Source: the human T2T-CHM13v2.0 reference genome, Homo sapiens. Taken from it: a DNA stretch of 64,000 bases. A model generated the notes under the pieces. It was not told the origin of the DNA, ran no database searches, and saw nothing but the letters and a program-made list of their open reading frames with translations. The stretch lies in the NCBI RefSeq assembly GCF_009914755.1, contig NC_060928.1. One strand, written 5' to 3'. Positions 28,747-41,765 of the stretch are shown piece after piece. Every line of letters starts with the position of its first letter. Within the stretch, counting starts at the first letter, position 1. The translations under genes and the position numbers were made by a program.

Positions 28747-29048
28747 TTTTCTTTTCTTTTTTTTTTTTTGAGATGAAGTCTTGCTCTGTTGCCCAGACTG
28801 GAGTGCAGTGGCTCGATCTTGGCTCACTGCAACCTCTGCCCCCAGGTTCAAGCGATTCTCCTGCCTCAGCCTCCCGAGTAGCTGGGACTACAGGCGGGCA
28901 CCACCACGCCAGGCTAATTTTTGTATTTTTAGTAGAGAAGGGGTTTCACCATGTCAGCCAGGCTGGTCTCGATCCCCTGACCTTGTGATCCGCCTGCCTC
29001 GGCCTCCCAGAGTGCTGGGATTACATGTGTGAGCCACAACGCCCAGCC
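28747..29048 (-). mobile_element. AluS (Sg/Sc-like) SINE inside the L1
   Basis: Full dimer; TSD agtaaaatc at 28738-28746 and 29049-29057. Confidence 0.96.
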
Positions 29049-31489
29049 AGTAAAATCATTTTAAGGAGAAGACAATACACAAATTATTTTAGACTTGCTG
29101 AGATGATTACCTATGTTATTATTTCTAAGACGCACATTAAATTATGGAATGGGTGTACAGAATTTAAAACTGATAGAGAGAATGAAATGTAAAAAAGGAA
29201 GAAAAATATAAAATACATCAAGAAAAAAGAAACAGAGAAGTAACCTAGAAAAAGCAGGACACATGGAAAGTATAAAATTAAGTTATAGAAACGTATCCAA
29301 GTGTATCAGTCTATTTAATAAATGTACCAGGAATAAACACACTATTTGAAGGAACAGATTGTCATATTAGACTTAAAAACATTCCAGGTGTGTGTTGTAT
29401 ATGACAGATACAATTAAACATGAGAAATAGAAAGGTTGAAAGAAAAAGGAAGAAAAGAAGTTGCTAAAAAAATAACAGAAGAAAGAATTATTTTCTAAAT
29501 ATTAATATTTGGCAAATAGACATTGGGGCAAAAAGTATTACTAGAGAGGATAAAATTGACTCCATAATAATATAACTTTAAACAAGCTAGAAATATGTAA
29601 GTATTATAATGCTTATAAATATTGTAATGTTTGTATGTTATGCAATGTACATGATAAAATGTTTTCAATTATGCTATATCACCTTTTACTTAACTGCAAG
29701 GAGAAATTAATGAATGCAACAAAAATGGGAGATTTTAGCAAATAGTTCTCAGCAAGTAAGAGATTATAAAAATCACGAGTAAAAATTTAAAATGCTAAAA
29801 AATATTAACACTTTTATATATTGGACATAAGTAAAACATTGTGCACTCACATACACACAACAGATAATATATAATTAAGCACATAAGAATATTTTTAAAA
29901 ATTACTTGTGCTACACAATGGATACTAATTTCAAAATGTCAAATAGATAATATCTTTCAGAACACATTCAATTTTTAAAAACTGGAATTAAGTAAGAAAT
30001 CTGCGGAAAAAATTGCTAGAAAATATTTAAAACACTTTTGAATTACTACAGAATCAAGAAATTACGCTAAATTATACACTTCTACTAATAGTATAGAACT
30101 TTAATAACATATCAAAACTTGAGGGATAAAGCTATAGCAATAATTTAGAAGCTAGTTTGTAACCTGAACTCTTACAGAAATAAGTAGCACATTATTGAGC
30201 AATGTATCCCAGAGTTACATGCCCAATAAACTAGTAAAATATTTTAAAAATGAAAGTTTGGAAAGAAATAATGAGTATAAAGTCAGCAATTAATGAAATA
30301 GAATACAAAGTGTAATAGAGTAACAAAAAAACCATTCTTTGAAATAAAGTAACTAATTTAAAGAGTTTGCAAAATTGATCAAGTAAAAGTATTGGAATGG
30401 AGATAAACTAGTGCAGATGGTGCAGGGATATTAATGGAGATAAATATATTTGAAAACACATATGTCAATAAATTTAAAGGCAATTGACCAGGCTTTATTT
30501 ATGGAAGTATATCACTGATTAAAACGGAGTCAAAAAGAGATTGAAAATAGAAACGGCCCCATAAGCATAAAGTACATGGAATTGTGAATCCAAAATTTTC
30601 CTAAAGCACTGTTTTGAAAATTTCACTAAATATTCAAGCAACAAGTACTTCTCCTTCTTATTCAAATGGTTTTAAAAAATAGAAAATTTCAATATATACA
30701 ATATGAGAAAAAAATTATAAACCAATCTCAACTATTAAATTAAATGCAAAAGCCTATATATATTGATGTTTCTGAATTTAGTGATGTGTAAAAATTTCAA
30801 TGACTTATTATCAAGTTCAATTTTTTAGGGATGCTGTTTAACATTTGAAATCATTTAATAAATTCAAATTGAAGTAGCAAGATTACATGATCATTTCAAT
30901 GGAAAGAAAAAACATTTGATAAAATTTAAAATCTCTTATGATAATAGCTTTTAGCAAACTAAAAATATAACTGTAATTCTAACATAGGAGAGCTACACTA
31001 AATCTATGGTGAATGCCTGATCTAATGAGTAAAAATAAGGATCATTTCTTTTGTAATCATGATATGCACTATAATCACTTTTTTCAAAATCCTGTACCTT
31101 TGGGTTATAGTGATTTAATTAGCTTTAGAAAGTAATAAATATATAAACCTGAAAAGAAAGGAAAAGAGCTTGAAATTATTCATCAATAATGAGAAAAATC
31201 TAAAAATTAAATGCTAGAATTAATAACATCATTTAGCAAGTTAGCTATTTTAAATCACAGCATCAAAAAGAAAATATATTTTTAGAAAGTTAGCATTTAC
31301 AATGAAAATTAAACACAAGATAACTAGGGGCCAAATTATTCAAAGAGGCGTAAGGACATAATGTTGAAAAGTATACTTTACTGAAAGGCAATGAAAAAAA
31401 GGGCTAAAAAATTATGGATAGTGAAACAGCATAGTCGGTTACCCCAAATTAATCATAAATTCAATAGAATTCTAATCAAAATTAAAATG

Positions 31490-31498
31490 GTGTGCGCA

Positions 31499-31546
<48 letters not shown>
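31490..31546. repeat. Alternating purine-pyrimidine tract, (TG)n with a GC-rich start
   Basis: Seen directly. Confidence 0.93.
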
Positions 31547-31551
<5 letters not shown>

Positions 31552-32345
31552 AAAAAGAGTCAGGAAGAGCCAAGATACAGAAGGAAAATTAGCAGCAGTA
31601 TAAAGACTTGAATGACAGATATTAAGACTTACTACTTTCAGTCCACATGCTATTGGATCTGGAGTAGAAAAACAGATCAATACAACAATCAGCTAAGAAA
31701 CAGAACCCCTTATGTGTTGAAAATTCATTGATCAGAATTGGCATTGCAAATAGGTGAAAAAGAGATGAAACATTCAATAAGTGATCTTGGATTTTAATTA
31801 TCAATATGGAAGTTTATTTTTACCTTATAGCATATATTAAAACTCCTTAAAGCAAATTACAGACCTAAATACAAGACATTCAATCTTTAGGAGAAATTCA
31901 CTTTAGTTTTGGAAAGAATCTCCTAGAAATAGAATTTGCAGCTTTACATTAAAATTGAGTATAATTGTATCAAAAAGCAACATACATGGAGGACAAATAC
32001 AAGCCAATGACACAAATAACTGCTAAATAATGAATATCAAGAGTATATATTTTTAAATTCCACAGATAATTGAGAAATAGCCCAAGAGACAGTAAAGGCA
32101 TGGGGATTTATTTTTAAGAAAATCAAACAGAAATAGACAATAAACATAAGAAGAATACCTCATTAACAATTGGTGAGGAATACATTTTAAAAGTCATTAC
32201 AATGGAAAAATTTAAACAAATCTTATTATGGGTTTCTGGTATACATATTAACTGGCATAACAATGTTCAAGAAATGATCACTGTCTAGTAAGGTTGATGT
32301 GCAAACCTTATGGACCAGAAAATCTACTCACAAATATAATGTGAG

Positions 32346-32547
32346 GAGTGGTTTTCAAACTTCATTTGATTGAAGCACATACGCTAAAAAAATAAGAAAA
32401 ATGTAATTAAAATTTATGTAGCCTTATTTTGTGAATGGCACTCTGTCATTTTGTATTCTATCAATTATGTTTAAAAATTCTATTCATAACTCATTGGGTT
32501 GATTTCATGCCAATGAAGAGTTGTGATTTATGATTTGAAATACACTG
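32346..32547. mobile_element. hAT-Charlie-like MITE inserted in the L1 3' region
   Basis: Imperfect TIRs agtggttttcaaac ... tttgaaatacactg; L1-like sequence resumes on both sides. Confidence 0.5.
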
Positions 32548-32956
32548 CTCCAGAGCAATTCTTGCACTATGTAATAGAAAAAGTCCAATAGAAGTTTCAA
32601 AAAAACATTTTTGTAACATATAAAAACACATAATCATGATGCCTACTTATAAGAAAATGAGGACTAGCTTGTGTTGTATAGTTATACAATGAACAATTAT
32701 GTAGCAATAAAAGTAAATTAAATTTAGTTCACAAAAGTCATCTTCAACAAATACTGCAAATTACGTAAGAATACAGATGCTTCTGATTCATGCAAAGTTA
32801 AAATATGCAAAATTAAGAAATACACAAGGGAGAAGTGGGGAAGAGATTATAGATAAGTACATACATATTTGTGAAACAATATTTCTAAATATTCATTAAA
32901 ATAATCTGAATAAGTATTGGGAAATTAGACAATCAATTAAACATTATTTTAGAAGT

Positions 32957-33341
32957 TGATATGGTTTGGATTTGGGTCCCTGCCCAAATCTCTTGTCGAA
33001 TTGTAATCCCCAATGTTGGTGGAGGGGCGTGGTGAGAGGTGATTAAATCATGGGTGTGAACTTCCCCCTCTCTTCTCTCTTGACAGTGAGTGAGTTCTCA
33101 CAAGACCTGGTTGTTTAAAAGTGTGCAGCACTTTCCAGTTGTCTCTCTTCCTCCTGCTCTGGCCATGTAAGGAGTGCCTGCTTCCCTTTTGCCTTCTACT
33201 ATGGTTGTAAGTTTACTGAGGCCTCCCCAGCCCTGCTTCCTGTAAAGCCTGCTGAACTGTGAGCCAGTTAAACCTCTTTTTAAAAATAAATTGCCCAGTC
33301 TCAGGTATTTCTTTACAGCAGTGTGAGAATGAACTAATACA
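32957..33341 (+). mobile_element. MSTA-type MaLR solo LTR
   Basis: tgatatggtttgg...gaactaataca with TG/CA ends; 5-bp TSD gaagt at 32952-32956 and 33342-33346. Confidence 0.93.
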
Positions 33342-33692
33342 GAAGTCTTAAAATATCTGATTACTTAATGATGTAAACAACTGAATATAAAGTAAATTGA
33401 CAGTCAATGTAAGGCTGAGGACCTCTTGTGTAAAAGAAATAGTTCACAATTTGAGTGATTTTCTTTTATTTACATTGCAAGAAACAAAAACAAAAATAAA
33501 GCATACAAAAGAAACTTTCTTTGGTCTCTAATTCCACCACCGAAGTACAATACTGAAATTCTTAGCAAATGCTCTTTAAAACCATTTTTATTCATATAAT
33601 ATATATACACCTTTTTATTTGTATAAAATATATAATACGAATGAAATATATCTATCTATCTATATATATATATATGTTTACACACACACACA

Positions 33693-34036
33693 CAGTTGAC
33701 CCCCGATATTCATGAAAGATTGGCTCCAGGACTCCCCTGCCCTCTCATGCATGCCAAAATCTAAGGATGCTGAAGTTCCCAAAATAAAAGGTGTATTGTT
33801 TGCATATAACCTATGCACATCTTCCTGTATATTTTAAATCATCTCTAGATTACTTAAAATACCTAATGCGATGTAAATTCTATGTAAATCGTTGTTATTC
33901 TGTATCGTTCAGAGAATAATGACAAGAAAAAAATGTTGGTACATGTTTAGTACAGATGCAAATTTTTTAAAATATATTTTTATCAATAGTAGGTTGAATC
34001 TCCACATGCAGAACTCAGATCTACAAAAGGCTGTGT
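33693..34036. mobile_element. MER2 (Tigger-family) DNA transposon
   Basis: tttgcatataacctatgcacatc...aaatcatctctagattactta...atacctaat...tgtaaat matches MER2 as recalled; flanked by TA/CA-rich microsatellites. Confidence 0.88.
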
Positions 34037-34276
34037 GTGTATATGTGTGTGTATATATATATATAAATGGTAGCATGTTACATATATATAACATGTTACC
34101 ATTAAACTGTTAAATTCAACATACTCTTAACTTGCTTTCCCCCAACAAGGCATTGAAGCTTTTCCTTATGCAATTAGTTAAAAGTACATATTTTGTTTTA
34201 TTAGCTGCAAAGTATTATAGTTTTTGGTATAAAACAGTATTTATGTTCTTTTTAATAAATATTTGTTACTTACTAA

Positions 34277-34588
<312 letters not shown>

Positions 34589-35029
34589 ACTTATTAGTAC
34601 TTCAAAATTATTTTTAAATGATATAGTATACTCCCTAGACATATATCTTTGTGGAATTACCCAATTATATCCTAAGGATAAATTCCTAGAATTATTTAAA
34701 TAAATAAGAGGAACTTCTTTGTGTATGACAGGGTTGATAAAAACCATCCTTGTACACATCTTTATCAAGATCAAGTATAATCAATTGTGTTGCTGCCAAT
34801 ACGTTTAGCAAAACTCATTTTTGGCTTTTTAAATTTTCATTTTTGATCACTAATGATAATTTCATATTTCTTCTTTTGTGAATTGTTTATGTTAATATTC
34901 ACCTTTCATACAAATATTCATTGTTTTATTATCATTTTTAAAATTAAATTCTTTATCAGTTGCAAAACTATTACAACATAAATAAATATGCATTGACTTT
35001 ATTGTTGTTTCTCTCAAATGCCAAACTTT

Positions 35030-35550
35030 CTACTTTAGACCCTTTGCTTTTTTCATTCTCTTCTTCTGGAATGCATCTCTCCTATTCCTTTGCGTGACTC
35101 ATTCTCTTACTTTATGTAGCTCTCTGTTCAAATATTACCACTTCACCCACTCTCATTTCTCATCAGAGAGCCAGCCTTCCGAGTTGTAGAAACTGCCTAC
35201 TCTGAAATCTCACATCCTGCCTTGCTGTTTAGCAGTCACTCTGACCTAACTATCCTTACCTTTCTTAGGTCTTCAAATACAGTGGGCATCGTCCCAGCTC
35301 AGGACTTAAGGTCTTGCCACATGATGGCCTCACTGCAGGGAATGTTCTTTCTACTTTGTAGTGTACCTAAATCCTGCACATCCTTCAGGTCTGTTAAAAG
35401 TAGTTTTCTCAGGAAGGCCATCTCTGACTTTACTGAACAGACAAGGTCTAACCTCTAATTTCTGTAGATTTATGGCTTAGTGTAGTGACAGATATGTAGG
35501 AACTTCATAAACGTTAATTAAATCATGTTAAATTAATAACATGAATGAAT
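35030..35550 (+). mobile_element. L2 fragments
   Basis: ttcttctggaatgc...ctctgttcaaatattacc; tccttcaggtct...ttctcaggaaggcc. Confidence 0.55.
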
Positions 35551-37851
35551 AGCAAAATATGCTGCTGCTTTTACAATGTGGGTTATTCCCTAAGCAATTG
35601 TCAAAAAATAAGTTGCTATAAAAGCATATATTTATAATTGTAGTTTTATAGTCCACACTGGGAAGCTTTAAAACCCAAGGAAACATTACTCACTTTGGTC
35701 CCTGGCAAAGGCTGTGCTCTGTGTTTTAGAAACTAAAATTTATGGACAGCCAACCTTGCTGCTGACATCTATGAAAAAGGAAGAAACAGAAATATGAGGA
35801 GATGGTGTCACCTTCATTAAATGCGTGGAGGAACAGTATTTACTTTTCCAGTTTTCACAACTCTAACCAGAAAACTGTTGTCTAGTTATCAACGCATTGC
35901 GGCATTTTAAGAATATATTAATTAGGAATTCTAACTCTTTAATTTATCTTAACCTCTGTCTACCTTAGTCTTGCCCTTCATTAGCTAACACTGAAATGAC
36001 CTATCTGACTCATAAGAAGTCAACAGGTAAAGAGCAGGTGTACAGTCCATTCTCTCCCTTTAGAATAGGGAATGTCTTTGGGAAGAAAGTAAGTAACTGA
36101 CCTGTTCAGATGTCCTTGTGAGTATGCTAACATATTTGACAAAAAAAATGGTATTTTCTAGCGGGAATCCTAACCTAAGGTATCCATTTTGCTGGATGCA
36201 CTTAGGTTGAATTGCTTGTGATAACTGGGGATCAATGGACAAAAGACAGCATAAATAATGAACCTGCATGTAAAACGTTTATGTTTTATGATCAGAAAAG
36301 CACCTTTGTGTAAGTAATATGGCCTCACATGTTAATCTAGAGCACATTCTAATGCAGTAAGAATGAAAATGTACATATACGTTAGACAGTTTGAAACCTC
36401 TCACTGCTTTACCTCTTCCTAGTGATTACTGATATCCTTGAAATTATTGGTAATAATTGAACTTCACTAAAATCTCTGATACACCCAAGTCTGATTTGAA
36501 AATATAATCTTTTGTGTGATATCCACAGATATTGAAGGCTGATTGTAAGAATGCAACAAAATATCATCCATAAAACCATGACTTAATGCATAAACAGCTG
36601 AACAAATACAGAAGTCTTTTTCTATATTAAAACTATGGAAGATATCACATGAAAACTAAGCTAATGCTTTCAGGGTGGACGGAATATGCATTGAAGGAAA
36701 ATGTTTACAAATGGGAAAATTTTTGTTTTTTTAACATGTATCAATAAGTATATTTTAAAAATTAGGAAAGAGAGTCATTTCTATGAGAAGAAGTTCACAA
36801 AATATTGAAAATAATCATATTAGGTCTTTACTGTTATCAGATAAATGAATTTTGTACAATTTCAATGGTCACAATTCACTGTCAATGTTAAATATAAATA
36901 CTTTTTTAACTGAATATCCTAGATATTTACAAACTTTACATTACTCCCATATCAACTATGATCAATCACATAATTGCAATTAATCTTCCTCTTTGTGATT
37001 GAAAAATAAATTCTGAAAACAGATGTGAAAAATGTAATGCATTGATAAACATCAGTTTTCTACAGTCATTACATAGCCCATTATTTATATTTCTTTGACT
37101 CAAATATATGTTGTGATTTTATATTCAGTTTTTAAAAGAAAATCTATTATCTTTAACATTTTAATAAATGTACACCATGCTTGTTAAATGAAATGTCAAA
37201 AAGTATCTTATAATAAAATATTTTTTCTTTATTAGAGAAACTTGTAATCTTTCTTCCATCCATACCTTCTGAAATAAACTTAAAGGAAATGAATATTGTA
37301 AAACATGCTTTAGCCTGAGAAATATGCAATAATTAGGCTGAACCTAGAATTCTGTGTTCAACTTAGTAAGTAAAACTTTTTATATTTGTAGTAAGGAAGA
37401 ACTTTATAGTTGACGGCTTGTTACGTTTAACCAATTAGAAAGACTATCACATTGTACCATTACAAAATATGTAATTCTAAGGGAACTAGAGTCTGAAATG
37501 CAGGAATTTTTTTTTGAAAACAATATAATGCAGTTGAGAAATTGTTGCCTTATGAATGTAAACATTTTTGTGAATTAATCGTTAGGCAATGTTCTCTTAG
37601 GTAAGATACTAAGTCTGAGCCATGGAATTTAAAAGATCTCATCATCTTAGAAATTTATCAGCCGATAGAGCTATTACAATTTGGGCAACTTTAAAATAGA
37701 GTTCTGTAGAATAATTCTAATATTTGTTAAATTGTTTAGTGTTCCATTAGAGTTATACCAATTTTAGTGAATATAACTTCTCTGCAGAATAAATATTTTT
37801 AGGGGTGCTGGGGTGTCTTCTTTTAGAATTTGTATATACATACTTACTCAG

Positions 37852-37979
37852 AGCTGAGCATAGTGGCACATGTCTGTGGTCCCAGCTACTCAGGAGGCTG
37901 AGGCAGGAGAAATCCTTGAACCCAGGTGTTCCAGACCATCCTGGGCAACACAGGGAGACCCTATGTAAAGAAAGAGAAA
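37852..37979 (+). mobile_element. FLAM-type Alu monomer
   Basis: gctgagcatagtggcacatgtctgtggtcccagctactcaggaggctgagg...gaccatcctgggcaacacagggagaccc. Confidence 0.85.
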
Positions 37980-38539
37980 TCTGTTTATGAGAATGACTGG
38001 ATCCTATAGAGCAATTGGCAATGTGAGCTCAAAATATCTGCCTGACAAAAGCAGTTGTTCTACGTGATGATACCAGCATTTAAGTGGAAATGAGTGACAT
38101 GTTTGCCTGAAGCAAATAGAAATAATCTCCCTTTATCCACACTCAACAATGAAAAAACCAAAGGCCATTTTAGAAGACCTTCATATTTCATATTTTTTAG
38201 TCAGAGCTTAAAAAGAATAGAAAGCAAGTAAAGCAACCACAAAATAAACTTATTTATTTTCCAATGGAGAACATATCTGAACAATTTAGTTGTCTAATCA
38301 CTTCTTACTCTACTCATTATAGGTTTAACTAAAAAGTGAGGACAGATTATCACTGTGTATGCAAAGGGAAACTACAGCTACAGATTGTAGGTGTCTTTCT
38401 TCAGCTGTCATAGCTTTCTAATCTATAGCTTCTGTTTATTGAATTTGGCTACTCTTTACAGCACTGCCTCTAACATCAGGGACACAATATTAGAGTCAAA
38501 TTTTACCAAAACAAATTAATGAGGGATATGGTGAGTTAA

Positions 38540-38866
<327 letters not shown>

Positions 38867-39190
38867 TAGCTTTTCAATGAGCAATTTAAGTAAATGGCTT
38901 CTGTTTTAAAACAAATAAAATGTATATATAAATTTTTTTAAAAAAACTCAGAGAAATGACTGTCTTTATTTAAAAAAAAAAAAAAAAAGTCAATGTTGTA
39001 TACCAGCAGGATTTTTAGAACCTTACTAGGAAGGTAAATAACAAGCACCTCAGGAAAATGTGACAATCTGGTGTTGAACTATTACAACTGATGGGAGCAC
39101 CTAAGGTCTAGATGCATTAAGCTGGTGGTGTGAATCTAGTTGCTTTAGTCTCTTTCATTGTCACTAGAGAAATTATTAAGAGAAACACAA

Positions 39191-39346
39191 GGCTACTCTG
39201 CCCACAGAGTAGCCATTCTTTATTCCTTTATTCTTTCTTAATAAACTTGCTTTCACATTACTCTGTGGACTCTCCCCAGATTCTTTCTTGTGAGAGATCC
39301 AAGAAGCCACTCTTGAGGTCTGGGTTGGGACTCCTTTCCAGTAACA
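39191..39346 (+). mobile_element. MER41 LTR, R-U5 portion only
   Basis: gagtagccattctttattccttt...aataaacttgctttcac...ggtctgggttgggactcctttccagtaaca; first ~65 bp are homologous to 40981-41043. Confidence 0.85.
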
Positions 39347-40506
39347 TCTTCCTGGAAAACCACAAAAGGAAAATACTGAGGATACCCCTGGCACAAAGGA
39401 AAAAGATGGTAGCACCAATTCTCCAATTGTGTCCCAAAGTCTGTTTATTTTACCAGGGAATTGACTGAAATGGCATACTTTCTTTTAATAAATCAGATTT
39501 GACTTATAGAGCCAACAAAAGCCCCTTGGGTAAACTGTCTTCATACCTTGTCTAACAGTCCCTGTACAGGGTTCCTGACCTGTGGAAAGTAAAGAATATC
39601 ACATTCTGACAGGCCCAGGAGCCACAAGTTCTCTCAGGGCCTCAAGAGGAGAAGAATTTACCCAACTCATAGGTATTTGATGGTACAAACCCATGGCTGA
39701 GTTAGACTTTAAAAAACAAAAAAGTCTTATTTGAGATTCCTTCTATGGGACAAAGTTCCATCAACACCAATTAAAAAAACCCTACGTAGCAAATAATTAT
39801 TCTTGCTGCACTTTATACAAATAATCAGGCCAACTATAATAAAGCAAATCAGTCTTATGATTTGTTTTTAGTATAAATGGGAAACTGAAGAAATAAATTA
39901 TGTTTCAAAACTATGGTACACCTGTTATTAGATTTCAGTTTCATCAGTTGTTTTTGAGTTTTTTCTACAATTTAGGCTAACGTGCTTATTCCTGTAAAAC
40001 CAACCAGTGGTCTCTAGCTGCTGCTCAGAAGAAACAAGGGGGATGGGTAATGTAAAAATCTGGATCAATATTCTAATTGTGAGCACATATTGGAACCAGC
40101 TAGCAACCCTATCAGCTTGGTTCCAACAGTTGCCCAGTTCATAGAAAGCCTTCTTAATTAGTTTACTCAGGATAGATTTACTTATTTTGCTTCACTCTTG
40201 TGGAATATATTGCTGTTGTACTCTATGTTTACAATGAAAGATAAGCTTACTCAATGTACTCTTAAATCGAACACTTATTAATCTTCCATATATAACCTTT
40301 TGTCAGAACGCAAAAGTTATGAGGGGACTTTGACATACCCATGCTTTCTGACTGAGTTCCTCTCTACTGTGAATACAAGACACCCTAATAGTTAGGCAGG
40401 AATATCATCGCCCCTATCCAACCTGAAGAAGTTACAGAAGATGGATCATTATTTGTCTCTAACCCTTTGGATTAAAGGTTCCCTTGTAAAAGGAAGGAGA
40501 GAAATA
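39347..40506 (+). mobile_element. MER41/MER4-group ERV1 internal sequence (short leader joined to 3' internal region, ending in PPT)
   Basis: Lies between two LTR parts; gacttatagagccaacaaaagccccttggg-type MER4-group internal motifs; polypurine tract aaaaggaaggagagaaa at 40488-40504. Confidence 0.75.
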
Positions 40507-41043
40507 TGTCAGAAGCATTTGAACAAGATCAACTCCATCTTGAATAAGGGCTGGGTAAAATGAGGCTGAGACCTACCGGGCTGCATTCCCAGGAGGTTAG
40601 GCATTCTTAGTCACCAAATGAGATAGGAGATCCGCACAAGATACAGGTCACAAAGACATGGCTGATAAAACAGGATGCAGTAAAACAGCCAGCCAAAACC
40701 CAGATGGCAATGAAAGTGACCTCTGGTCGTCCTCACTACTCATTATCGACTAATTATAATTCATTAGCATGCTAAAAGACACTCCTACCAGCGCCATGAC
40801 AGTTTACAAATGTCACGGCAACATTAGGAAGTTACCCTATATGTTTGGTCTAAAAAGGGGAGGAACCCACAGTTCTGGGAATTACCCACTCCTTTCCTGG
40901 AAAACTCATGAATAATCCACCCCTTGTTTACCAAATAATCAAGAAATAACCATAAAAATAGCCAAACAGCAGCCCTTGTAGCTGCATTGCGTATGGAGTA
41001 GCCATTATTTATTCCTTTACTTTCTTAATAAGCTTGCTTTTAC
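40507..41043 (+). mobile_element. MER41 (MER41B-like) LTR, U3-R portion only
   Basis: Starts tgtcagaagcatttgaac...caactccatcttgaataagggctgggtaaaatgaggctgagacc; stops just after the poly(A)-signal position; U5 absent. Confidence 0.9.
40873..40902. promoter_or_regulatory. Tandem GAS (TTCN3GAA) motifs in MER41 U3
   Basis: ttctgggaa at 40873-40881 and ttcctggaa at 40894-40902; motifs are seen, function is untested. Confidence 0.6.
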
Positions 41044-41347
41044 TTTTTTTTTTTTTTTTTTTTTTGTGAGATGATGTCTCGCTCTGTCGCCAGGCAAGAG
41101 TGCAGTGGCTCAATCTCAGCTCACTACAACCTTGAAACCTCCGGGTTCAAGCGACTGTCCTGCCCCAGCTTCTCAGATAGCTGGGACTATAGGTGTGCAC
41201 CACCATGCCCAGCTAATTTTTGTATTTTTAATAGAGACGGGGTTTCACTATGTTGGCCAGGATGGTCTCAATCTCTTGACCTTGTGATCCGCCCACCTTG
41301 GCCTCCCAAAGTGCTGGGATTTCTGGTGTGAGCCACTGCGCCCAACC
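41044..41347 (-). mobile_element. AluSc-type SINE
   Basis: Sc-like ctgtcgccagg and ggccaggatggtctcaatctcttgacc; TSD tac(t)n on both sides. Confidence 0.93.
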
Positions 41348-41704
41348 TACTTTTTTTTTTTTTTTTAAAGAGAAACATAATTGGTAAATACAATCTAAGA
41401 AGTGCATCATTTTTAGTACTGTGCTCTAATTTATAGGATCATAGTATAGTAAATTTGGGAAAGATGCTAGAAATCAAAAGGAGTGAAACTCTCATTTTAT
41501 TCGTGCCATTAATGTTTGGTATGTCCAACGGCACAGCAAATGATGTAGCTAGGAGTACACCCAGGTCATTGGACTTTCTGATCTGTATATTTTTCAATGC
41601 AATGTAAGTTTACATATCCATATATTTATAGAAGGATTATAGAAAAAGGTCTGAGCCTTTCTCAGTTATACTTTCAGAGTATAAAGAAAAGCTATATAGT
41701 TATT

Positions 41705-41765
41705 TAAAGAGTGGAATTTGCTTAAAGAGTGGAATTTAAAGAGTGTTATTAATAAAGAGTGGAAT
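41705..41765. repeat. Irregular tandem repeat of taaagagtg(gaat), 4 copies
   Basis: Copies start at 41705, 41723, 41737 and 41753. Confidence 0.85.

Larger units (their letters stand above)
27360..32880 (+). mobile_element. Long, highly degraded L1ME-type LINE (5' region, ORF1 and ORF2 relics, 3' region) with nested insertions
   Basis: A-rich strand; ORF1-end-like gttagactgagagctgattcctc and caacttagaattgtatac; ORF2-like aaaccaatctcaact, catgatcatttcaatgga...catttgataaaattt, gaaacattcaataagtg; no intact ORF. Confidence 0.7.

Noticed and set aside
27860-32000. L1 ORF1/ORF2 as coding sequence
   Set aside because: Full of stops and frameshifts; reported only as a mobile-element relic.
33040-33052. 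DUX4-like motif in MSTA (and at ~63702 in THE1)
   Set aside because: Each deviates from the TAAYYBAATCA consensus and is a generic family feature.
41705-41765. CRISPR-like repeat array
   Set aside because: Repeats are 9-14 bp with spacers of only a few bases, in primate DNA with no cas genes.
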